Shown in pieces: positions 27,342 to 35,700 of a stretch of 64,000 nucleotides of DNA (position 1 is its first letter; every line of letters starts with the position of its first letter). The position numbers were made by a program, and so were the translations under genes. The stretch is from a virus (Duplodnaviria; Caudoviricetes), in IMG/VR virus record IMGVR_UViG_3300027874_000010, positions 10,413 to 74,412 of that record. One strand, written 5' to 3'. The notes under the pieces were generated by a model, which saw nothing but the letters and a program-made list of their open reading frames with translations, was not told the origin of the DNA and did not search any database.

Positions 27342-27634
27342 GTGAAGCGGCGACCCTGCTCGGTCGCGTGCGGGGATAGCGCCTCGCCCAGTTCCGCCGC
27401 GTAGCTCTTTTGCTGCGCCGGCGGGACTTTCCCGGCTGCCCCCTGGTTGTGCTTGGCCCACGCGCTCGCGTGGTCGGCGTCGTTACTGTTGGCCGCATCC
27501 TGCTGGTCGCTGCCCATCTCGCCCGTGCCGGGCAGCTTGCCGAAGTTCTTCGGCGGCGGCGCTTCTTTGTTCTCGGACAGTCGCTTGTCCTTGTCCGTCC
27601 CCGGGTTGGGCTTGCCGCCCTTCTGCTCGTCCAT
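27323..27634 (-). CDS. Hydrophilic hypothetical protein
   Basis: ATG overlaps the endolysin TGA. Confidence 0.7.
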   Translation of the reverse strand: MDEQKGGKPNPGTDKDKRLSENKEAPPPKNFGKLPGTGEMGSDQQDAANSNDADHASAWAKHNQGAAGKVPPAQQKSYAAELGEALSPHATEQGRRFTQTRTG

Positions 27635-28272
27635 CACTTCACCCTGCACACGTTGCAATCGAGCGGCTCGTCGGTGAACTGCTTCATCCACGCTTCCGTC
27701 CAGCCGCCGTAGGGCCGGAAGCCCACGTTGACATCAGCCTTGCGGTCGTAGTTGCTGTCCCACAGCCGCCGCTCTGACCACCAGTCGTAGTCCGACCAGC
27801 CAAGCTGATCGAAGATCCACTTGCCCGTGTAGAAGGGTGAGTCGGGCACGATCTCGTCGCAGCGCAGCAGATCCGCGTCCACGTCGTCGGGCGTGAGGCC
27901 CATCTCCTCGACATCCAGTGCCACGAACACGATGTCGTCGGTGAAACGCTCGATCAGGTCCAGCCGACGCTGGAAGCGACCCCGGTCCATCGAGTCGCCC
28001 GAGGAGCACCACACGTACGACGAGATCGCCCAGTTGTGGTCGAGGCCCGCCTGGAGTTGCTGAGCCGTGTAGCTGTAGCCATCCAGCCCGACCACCGCCT
28101 GGACGATCAGCCCGCTGTAGCCGAGCGCGCCCCAGTGCTCGAAGAAGTCGTCGCCCAGGACGCGCTGGTAGTTGGATACGTCCAGAGACAACTCAGGCCA
28201 CACGTCCTTGGGAAAGACGAGTGGCCCGGTGGGTGCCCATCGGCGGATGAGTCCCGCGCCGCTGATGCTCAC
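27634..28272 (-). CDS. Endolysin, GH25 muramidase-like
   Basis: LDVSNYQ, VALDVEE (DxE), YTGKW, LWDSNY, KQFT; GTG start 28272 probable. Confidence 0.85.
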   Translation of the reverse strand: MSISGAGLIRRWAPTGPLVFPKDVWPELSLDVSNYQRVLGDDFFEHWGALGYSGLIVQAVVGLDGYSYTAQQLQAGLDHNWAISSYVWCSSGDSMDRGRFQRRLDLIERFTDDIVFVALDVEEMGLTPDDVDADLLRCDEIVPDSPFYTGKWIFDQLGWSDYDWWSERRLWDSNYDRKADVNVGFRPYGGWTEAWMKQFTDEPLDCNVCRVK

Positions 28273-28391
28273 GCGCCTCAGCTTAGCGCACGCCGATGAT
28301 CCGTTACCGGTACGTTCCCTGATTGGTCCCTGATTGGTTCTTGCGTCGTTACGTCTTGCGTCGTAGCGTGATTGGTGTGAAAGGAGTCCTG

Positions 28392-28721
28392 ATGGCAAAA
28401 GCCTTCACCTACACGAATATGTCCCTTGAGGACACGCTCTCGGAATGCCGCTCTGGTGGCGAGGACGTGCTCGTCGGTTACCAGGGCGGCGCGGCGGGCA
28501 TGAAGCGTGACGCCCGCAACTTCCGCGACCCCGACACCGGCGAGCGCGGCGTCACCGTCCCCGAGTACCTGGCGATGCGCACCCGCTTCAAGGTCCATCG
28601 CAAGAACGGCGACGGCGACCTGACGCTGATCGGGCCACCCGTGGCCGCGAATTGGATGAAGGCGGCGGACTTCATCAAGATGGCCGAACCCGAGCCGGCC
28701 CTCCCTGCCGCCACAACGTAA
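28392..28721 (+). CDS. Hypothetical protein
   Basis: SD AAGGAG, ATG 28392. Confidence 0.75.
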   Translation: MAKAFTYTNMSLEDTLSECRSGGEDVLVGYQGGAAGMKRDARNFRDPDTGERGVTVPEYLAMRTRFKVHRKNGDGDLTLIGPPVAANWMKAADFIKMAEPEPALPAATT

Positions 28722-28726
28722 ACGCC

Positions 28727-28753
28727 GAAGCCCGGACCAGTGGTCCGGGCTTC
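28727..28753. terminator. Bidirectional terminator hairpin
   Basis: GAAGCCCGGACCA-G-TGGTCCGGGCTTC between convergent genes. Confidence 0.75.
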
Positions 28754-28761
28754 TCTTGTGT

Positions 28762-29361
28762 CTAGCGCAGGCCGATGATCCGCGAGCACCTCGGCCAAGC
28801 GCCCCATCCCTGTGACGCCTGCCCCGCTATGGCGACGGTGATCTGCTGGTTCGGACTTGCCAGGTCGGGCCTGGCAGCGAAGGCTTTACCACCGTAACGT
28901 GCCCAAAATGTGAGATCCTCTTGGAGTCCGCCGTAGTAGCCATTGCCCGTATTCGTTGCCCAGTTTCCGGAAGATTCGCAGGCAGCGAGACGAGTCCAGA
29001 CGCTACTCGGCGGTCCCGTTTGTGGGGGAGTCGCCGCCTGAGCGGAAGACGCCACAGCCTGCTGGCCCTGCGGAATTTCGAGTCGCCAGGTCCGCCAGCC
29101 ATCGGTAAACGATGGTTGCTCGCCTTTGCGCCACACGGCCAGCCCGGTCGTTGTTCGCTGCACAGCGTCGGCATCCTCATTCTGATGCTCGACTTCGACC
29201 GGGGTGCCCATGATGTCCCCGATCTGGCTATGCAGTTGCTCAAACCCTTCCGCGAAGTCTGGCCCGCGCGCCGCTGGTAGGATAGTCATCTCGTCTGCAG
29301 ACACCCCGCCCCCGGGGTTCAGCGTCTGCGCGACGAGTAACAAACTCGCCAGTACGTGCAA
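28762..29361 (-). CDS. Exported resuscitation-promoting-factor (Rpf)-type transglycosylase
   Basis: WTRLAACESSGNWATNTGNGYYGGLQ...W...PDLAS..QQI...QGWGAWPRC; hydrophobic N-terminus. Confidence 0.92.
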   Translation of the reverse strand: MHVLASLLLVAQTLNPGGGVSADEMTILPAARGPDFAEGFEQLHSQIGDIMGTPVEVEHQNEDADAVQRTTTGLAVWRKGEQPSFTDGWRTWRLEIPQGQQAVASSAQAATPPQTGPPSSVWTRLAACESSGNWATNTGNGYYGGLQEDLTFWARYGGKAFAARPDLASPNQQITVAIAGQASQGWGAWPRCSRIIGLR

Positions 29362-29427
29362 CGGTCTGCAACCACCCTACCGGCCCCGGCCTATCGACTG
29401 TCAACCCTGTCCTGCGAAAATGAGACG

Positions 29428-29616
29428 GTGAAGACGTTTGTAGTGCGGTATCCAGAGTGGTTCATGGGTAACGCCGAGACGCCCGAAGAAGTCGTGCTGT
29501 ACGCCATCGCGCGCGCCAACCTGCACGCCGAGACGTACATCGTGTACGACCACGACCTGAACCGCTTCGAGGTGCCCCACCCTGAGCGGCCATCCGAACC
29601 ACCAGCCGTGGGCTGA
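29428..29616 (+). CDS. Hypothetical protein
   Basis: GTG in track ORF 29356..29616. Confidence 0.55.
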   Translation: MKTFVVRYPEWFMGNAETPEEVVLYAIARANLHAETYIVYDHDLNRFEVPHPERPSEPPAVG

Positions 29617-30024
29617 CCATCCGACCAACGGCGGTCCTGGCTGCATCTCGTGCGCGCTGTTTGTGTTAGTAGTTTGCGTCGTGCTCGTGATCTGCGCCGG
29701 CGGGATCATCATGGCGGTGCGCACGGGCCTATGATGGTCGCGCAGGACCAGTCCCCTTCCCCCTCCTGTGCGCCGGACGGCTTATGCCTCCAACTCCCCG
29801 GGCCGTCTGGCGCTACGCCTCCGAGCCAACTGGCGGCGGCAAGCGCAACTGGCGCGAGCGTCGGGGCAGACGATGCGGGTCGTCCTCGGAGACGCCCTCG
29901 AAGAACTCGCGTAGGGCACTACGCCCGGCACCGTGCAGCGAGCCATTGCAGCGACACTTGCAGCGCGGGTGCTTGCCCTGCTCGCAGCGCGTGACCTGAG
30001 TCGAGGTCAGCGCTCTCACGTCCG

Positions 30025-30120
30025 ATGCCTGACCATCTGGTGCTGCTCGCCATCCTTGTCGTGGTGGTCCTGGCCGTGGCCGTTGCGCTCTGGTACTGGC
30101 GTGGCGACGACTGGCACTAG
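30025..30120 (+). CDS. Small single-TM peptide, 31 aa
   Basis: Hand translation MPDHLVLLAILVVVVLAVAVALWYWRGDDWH. Confidence 0.5.
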   Translation: MPDHLVLLAILVVVVLAVAVALWYWRGDDWH

Positions 30121-30239
30121 CGGCTTCAGTGGTCTGCCCTTCCGAAAACGCCGCACCCGCTTGGTTCGTTTTGGGGCTGAAGGCTCATCTGTCATGCGAT
30201 AATGGGCATGCTAACGCACAGGCACGAAGGGATTCGAGG

Positions 30240-30386
30240 ATGAACGGATGGCTACTACTCCTCGGTGCCTGGGTCACGGGCGGGGCGCTCGTGGCGTGGG
30301 GCTTCTGCCGATTCAAACAGTACGAACGCTGGAAGGACGAACAAGAACGTGAGCTTCAACATCGACGCGGATATTGCGAATGCTGA
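30240..30386 (+). CDS. Small membrane protein
   Basis: MNGWLLLLGAWVTGGALVAW... Confidence 0.5.
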   Translation: MNGWLLLLGAWVTGGALVAWGFCRFKQYERWKDEQERELQHRRGYCEC

Positions 30387-30561
30387 CTGGGCCAAGCGCA
30401 CCTGGGACATCTACACGCCGGACGGCCAGGTGGTCACCTCACTGGTGCAGTTGAAGTCGGTCTTCCCGGCGTACTCGGACGCCGAACTCAAGCACTTCCT
30501 CGATCTGCCCGTGGCCGAGAACATGCCCGCGCAGTTGAAGGGTGAGCTTCAGCGACTCTAG
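30349..30561 (+). CDS. Hypothetical protein
   Basis: GTG in track ORF 30265..30561. Confidence 0.6.
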   Translation: MSFNIDADIANADWAKRTWDIYTPDGQVVTSLVQLKSVFPAYSDAELKHFLDLPVAENMPAQLKGELQRL

Positions 30562-30683
30562 GTGGTCGAGGGCTGCGGAGGCTATCGAACTTCCTTCGCT
30601 CGCGCAGCCGGTCATGGGGCGGGGGGTTAGCCACCATGACGCTTTACATGGAAAGGTGCAGCGATCCTTTGTGTCTATGACAC

Positions 30684-30947
30684 ATGGAACACTGCACCGT
30701 TTGCGGCCATCCGCTGGATGCGCACGAACCCGACAACGACGGCTTCGCCTGCACCGTCCCGTACTTCGACCCGCTCACCGACGAGGTGAGCTTCTGCACG
30801 TGCTCGCGGACGTGCTGCCTGCCCGAGCGCTGCCCGCACTGCCCTGAGTACCAGGGCCGCGCCGTGGGGTGGGGCGGCGGCAATCCCCGCCACATCTGCT
30901 GTCTGTGCCTGGATCTACCCGAGGAGATCCTCGCCGCCAACCCGTAG
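30684..30947 (+). CDS. Cys-rich zinc-binding hypothetical protein
   Basis: Track ORF, SD GAAAGG; CxxCGH...H pattern. Confidence 0.6.
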   Translation: MEHCTVCGHPLDAHEPDNDGFACTVPYFDPLTDEVSFCTCSRTCCLPERCPHCPEYQGRAVGWGGGNPRHICCLCLDLPEEILAANP

Positions 30948-32564
30948 CTGGAAGCGGCGGATCTGCGCCAGTCGGTGCTCCGAGAACCGATAACCGGTTA
31001 TCGTTTTGGTCGCGAGCGCACTTCTGGCTTCGGGCGAGATCGGGTAGCCGTACTGGTCGGCCTTGCCGATCACCGCCTTGCCGAGCGCGGGGAACTTGTC
31101 GGCCATGAAGCTCGGTTCGTCGTGCAGCACCGAGTACGCCTCCGCGACGATCTCGCCCGGCGTGGTCTGGCCGTTGACGCCCCATATCTCGCCGTTTTTG
31201 CCCTTCGCGCCCATCGCCCCCTGGTCGGCCAGGTCGAACGCCGAGCCGTCCTTGAGCATCTCGTCGGACAGACCGTGGCCGATCTCGTGGTGGATTACCG
31301 CCTCCCGCTGGCGATTATCCAGATCGAAAAATTCTGAACCGAGGGTGATGTCGCTGCCGCCGCCGCGCCCGTGCTGGCCCTCGTGCCCCAGGCCGGCGTC
31401 GTACTTGAAGCCTTTGGGCGGATGGTCCTTGAAGTCCTGCTCGGACATGGCCGCGACCTTCTTCGGGTCGGCGTAGGTCGCCTGCACGCTGCCGCCGCCA
31501 CCACCTACGGTCCAGCGACCCGACTCGTCGCGGGCCTGGTCCTCGCGAAACTTCAGCACGCGCGCCAGCAGCGGGTCCATCGCGACCCACTGGCCCGGCC
31601 CCTGGACGGCGAGCACCTTCAGGATGGCTTCGAGCATCTTGGCTGTGCCCGCTTTCTGCGCGATGCCCATTGCCGTGGTGTACTCGCGCGAGGTGTCCAG
31701 AATCGTGCCGATGTCGGCGTCCACGCGCTGCACCGGCAGATCGAACTTGGTCTTGCCCGCTCTGAGGTTCGCCAGCACCGTCGCCGCCCACTGGTGGTGG
31801 CCGTCCACCACGTAGTCGTCCTTGCTAACAAAGATCGGCCGGATGTTGAGCTTGCCCTGCTCCAGGGCGTCGGCCATGCCCGCGACCTGGGGGCCGACCA
31901 GATCCATCTGAGTCGCCCGCAAGCTCTCGGCCGGCACGCGACCGTCCGTCACCTTGAAGCCCTGGTGCTCCAGTTCGTCGCGGAACGCCTCGCCTAAATT
32001 GACCGAGCCGCGCGAGTTCTTGGGGTACTTCGACTCGTCGTCGGCTGGACTGCCCTTGGTCGGCGGGCCGGATAGTTGCGGCATCTGCACGCGCGGGATG
32101 CCCAGGGACTGCTGCGTAAAGAGGTTGGTGCCCGGCACGGTCACCAGGCCCAGGTCGTACGTCGGGGCCTTCTCACCCTTGGCGACGGCATCCTCAGCCA
32201 TGTCCCCGAGCTTGTCGGTCAACGTCACCACCTGGCGGGCCTGGTCCAGGCGCACGTGGTGCCCGGCATGGATCTCGCGTACCGCGTGGTCGAGGTCGCC
32301 ATCGACGTAGATCGGATGCGCCATCGAGCCATCCGCGTTCGGGTCACCGCCGGTGTGCGGCACCTGAGCGACAGCGTTGTGCGCGGCGTCACTGTGATCG
32401 GGTGGTGGCGACGACGATGGGGTCGTCGCACCCCCTCCCCCGCCAGACGAGAACTCGCCGCGCTCGTTGCGCGGATGCTGCGATTCGTCCCACTCCTTGA
32501 ACTCGACGCGCTCCAGTACCGCGCGCATGGCCTGGATCTCGCGGGTTAGCTCGGCGCGGTCCAT
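30915..32564 (-). CDS. Two-module tagged protein (549 aa): ParB/Srx-like domain + HExxH zinc metallopeptidase
   Basis: ATG 32564 in track ORF. Tags KEWDESQHPRNERGEF and KFREDQARDESGRW. ParB-like LRATQ...IFVSKDDYVVDGHHQWAA; peptidase HHEIGH...EIVAEAY. Confidence 0.85.
   Translation of the reverse strand: MDRAELTREIQAMRAVLERVEFKEWDESQHPRNERGEFSSGGGGGATTPSSSPPPDHSDAAHNAVAQVPHTGGDPNADGSMAHPIYVDGDLDHAVREIHAGHHVRLDQARQVVTLTDKLGDMAEDAVAKGEKAPTYDLGLVTVPGTNLFTQQSLGIPRVQMPQLSGPPTKGSPADDESKYPKNSRGSVNLGEAFRDELEHQGFKVTDGRVPAESLRATQMDLVGPQVAGMADALEQGKLNIRPIFVSKDDYVVDGHHQWAATVLANLRAGKTKFDLPVQRVDADIGTILDTSREYTTAMGIAQKAGTAKMLEAILKVLAVQGPGQWVAMDPLLARVLKFREDQARDESGRWTVGGGGGSVQATYADPKKVAAMSEQDFKDHPPKGFKYDAGLGHEGQHGRGGGSDITLGSEFFDLDNRQREAVIHHEIGHGLSDEMLKDGSAFDLADQGAMGAKGKNGEIWGVNGQTTPGEIVAEAYSVLHDEPSFMADKFPALGKAVIGKADQYGYPISPEARSALATKTITGYRFSEHRLAQIRRFQLRVGGEDLLG
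30989..31002. promoter_or_regulatory. Palindrome GATAACCGGTTATC (copy 4 of 7; 16 bp with C/G flanks)
   Basis: In the 3' tail of the 549-aa gene. Confidence 0.7.
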
Positions 32565-32746
32565 GCGGGATCTCCGTCCTCGAACTGGATGCCGTGGTCG
32601 CCCGGGTACGTCTGGCGATGCTCGATCTTGGACTGCCAGATCTCGTCGGGGATGCCGTGCGTAAACGCCTCGCAGCGCATGAACGCCTTGGGTGGCGGCG
32701 CTTCGAGGTGGATGCAGTGCAGGCAGATGGCTGGTGGGAACTTCAC
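32546..32746 (-). CDS. Small Cys/His protein (CxxCxH...CxAF..GIP..I...H...GDHGIQF), candidate immunity/inhibitor
   Basis: GTGA-coupled to the polyprotein stop. Confidence 0.8.
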   Translation of the reverse strand: MKFPPAICLHCIHLEAPPPKAFMRCEAFTHGIPDEIWQSKIEHRQTYPGDHGIQFEDGDPAWTAPS

Positions 32747-35700
32747 TCGTCGCTGGCCCGTGGCGCTTTTCCAAACACCTTTTTCATCACGTCACCCGCC
32801 GCTTTCGCGACCGGGTGCTCTGAGCCGAGATAGTACGCCGAGAACGCCTCGGCCCACGCCTCGTCGCGAGATCGCTGCGCGTAGCGCGAGAAGTCACCCA
32901 CGTTCTCGGGAGCCAGCGTCTTGGACAGGAAGAAGAAGCTGTTGAACGCCATGCGCTGATCCTCGGTGAAGGCGTCTCTGTTGTCCTGAATGGCGTTAGC
33001 GACCGCGTGGCCGAACTCGTGCACCGCCGTCGAGCCGGGGATCTTCGACTCGGGGTACGAGAAGCCCGTGTCCGCGCCGTCGCGCTCGTACTTCTCGGCG
33101 GGCAGCGGGTCGTTGGGCTGGTAGCCCGAGCCGAAGTGGATGGCCGAATAGCCGAACTCGTTGCTGCTGGTCGCCATGATCGCCTGCGGGTTCTCGCGCA
33201 TGTAGTCCTTCATGTCCTTGGTGCGCGGCTGGCCGACCTGAAGCAGCATCTTGCCGACCTCGGGGTACTGGTTGGAGAGCTTGCCCAGGAACTGCGAGAC
33301 GGGCACGAGTTGGCGCTTCAGATAACTGTCGTAGTCCACCCGTGCGCGCGGGTTCGGCAGCGTGCCCTTGAGTGCCTTGGCGATCTGTGCCTGACTCCAC
33401 TTGGTAGCGTCGTTCTGGCCGTACGGACTCTCTGGCCCGAGCGCAGCGGGCGGGTTCTTGAGTGGCGCGTCGAGCGCCGCGAACTTGGGCTTCGGAGCGC
33501 CGCCGCCGCCGCCTGAAGTCCAGCGACCACTGTCGTCGCGCGGCTGATCCGGGTCGTACGCCTTCGTCTCTAGATCTGCCCAGGTCGTCTTGGTCTGGAA
33601 CAGCGCTGCGCCATTGGGAGGTGGCCCACCGCCGCGCCGCTTGCTGTACGCCTGGGCGCTGACTTCATCCTTGCCGCCCAGGAGCACGACCTCCTTCTCA
33701 GGTTTGCAGCCGAAGCCGCTGTTCATAGTTGAGAGGATGCGACTGGCCGGTACCTTCGCGGCCATCATCGCGCCCTCGTGCTCACCCGCAAAATTCGCGG
33801 CCTGCTTGAACGAGTAGGACCACGACGACGCCGGCTGCTGTGCCGTTTGCACCACGGCAGGCTTGCCGTTGAACTTCATCCCCGTCTCACGCTGTAACGC
33901 CGCCACGGTTTTGCCAGCGCTGAAGTTCAAACCTCGGTACACGGTCATCTCGGTGATGCCTTTTGCAGCCAGGTCCGCCTGGGTGTTGTCGTACATGGCG
34001 CGAGCAAACGCTCGGTAGGCGGCACCATTCTGCTGGTACTCCTGCTCGACCCTCGCCTGGGCGTCACGTCCCTGGTAGGCAACACGAGCATCGAGGTGCT
34101 CGGTGGTCGCGTCCTCCAGGCCGAACTCGTCCTTGATGGCCTGCTGCATAGCGATGGCTCGGACGTTGGTGTCGCCCGAGGTTTCCGCCCACCCGTGAAC
34201 AAGCCTGGCAGTTTGGTTCACACGGTCCACGTCGTCCATTTGGCGTGACGGCAGGCCAGCACGACTGGCACGGCCCTCATCGAGGAGCCGCTGCACGTAC
34301 TCGTTGAATGGGGCACTGTCCTTGAGACGGTTGCCTAGTTCCCACGAGATGCGCTCCTTGTATTCGTCGCGACTGGACCTGGGATTGAACAGCGCCTTGT
34401 TCGCCGCCTGCTCGTCGGCCCTGGCCGCATTGACTGCCGTGCGGCCCATGCCGAGCGGGTCGTCGGGCGCGGAGGGCGCACCAGTAGCTTCCCATCGCCC
34501 GCGCTCGTCACGCGCCTGGTTGGGGTCGTACTCCTTCAGTTCGAGCAGCGCCCAGGTCTTGTGCGAGGGCAGCGCGCTCGGCAGCGGCGGACCGTCGTAG
34601 GCGTGGTAGGCATCCATCACGTCCTGGCTGTAGGTCTTGCCGTTGAGCATCCCGGTGTACGTCTCGGCCACGAACTCGGCTGGCTCGGTCGCCGCGTAGC
34701 GCGAGACTTGTGCGGCAGCGGCCCGGTGCGCCGGGTTCGCCCACGGCTCGTGTGCGTCGTGCTCCTTGCCCAGGCTCTCCTCGTGCACCGCGTGCTGCAA
34801 GTGCGCCAACTCGTGGGTCATCACATGCGCGGGGTCACTATCCGACCAGGCGTGCGAGTTGGCCTGATCCTGGGCGGTCGCCTTCGCGTTCGACCAGTCG
34901 CCGTTGCGGTTGACCGCCAGGTAGTCGCCGCCACGGTTGTAGCTCGCCAGCGTGTCGCGGTCGGCCATCGACTCGACGGCCACGCTCTTGGGCATGACCA
35001 TCGACGGGTTCTTCTCGGTGATGTCGAACAGTTGCCGGTTGGCCTCGTTCGCAATGGGCAGATCGCCTTGCTCCTCGAAGTGCGGGTACTTGATGCCAAG
35101 GCCCCTGGTGAACTGCGCGGCGTCCTCCAGCGACTTCGCCGGAGCGAACGCGGTTGGGCGCGGGATGACCTCCGGCTCGGGCGGCTTGTAGTCGGGCGGC
35201 AGGATGCTGCCCTTGACGTGGATCACGTCCGGGTTGATGTCGGGAGCCTCGCTGACGAGGATCTTGTCTCCTGGCTGGACGTTGCCCGGCACGTCGTACA
35301 CCACACGGACGCTGATACCCGGGATGGCGGCGGATTGCGCTGCGGTGTGGCGCTCGGCCTCCTCGGGCGTGCCGAACGCCTTCGCGCCGCTCGGGATGGT
35401 GTGGACCGAGCCTTTGTCGAGCAGCATCACCGCCGACAGCGCGTGCGGATCGCTCAGCGGGATCGCTTGGCCCAGGTGCGTCCATCGCCCCCGCTCGTCG
35501 CGCGGCTGGCTCTCGTCGTACGCCTTCGTGAACCAGTGCCGCAGGGAGGCAACCAGTTGCAGGGCGAGCTTGGTGTGGAAGATCTCGCTGGCCCCGTGCG
35601 GCGCGCCGGTTGGCGTGTTGCCCCAGGCTTGCGCCGCCACCACGTCGTCGGTGCTGCCGAGCACGACAACCTCGTCCTCGTTCTTGCAGCCGATGCCGGT

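Noticed and set aside
26067-30386. Small hydrophobic ORFs (26067..26165, 30025..30120, 30240..30386) as the holin
   Set aside because: Single short TM segments, not coupled to the endolysin; cannot be assigned
30915-32774. 619-aa start given by the track
   Set aside because: The first 70 codons overlap the 66-aa gene; ATG 32564 has an SD and matches the leader-then-tag layout of sibling genes
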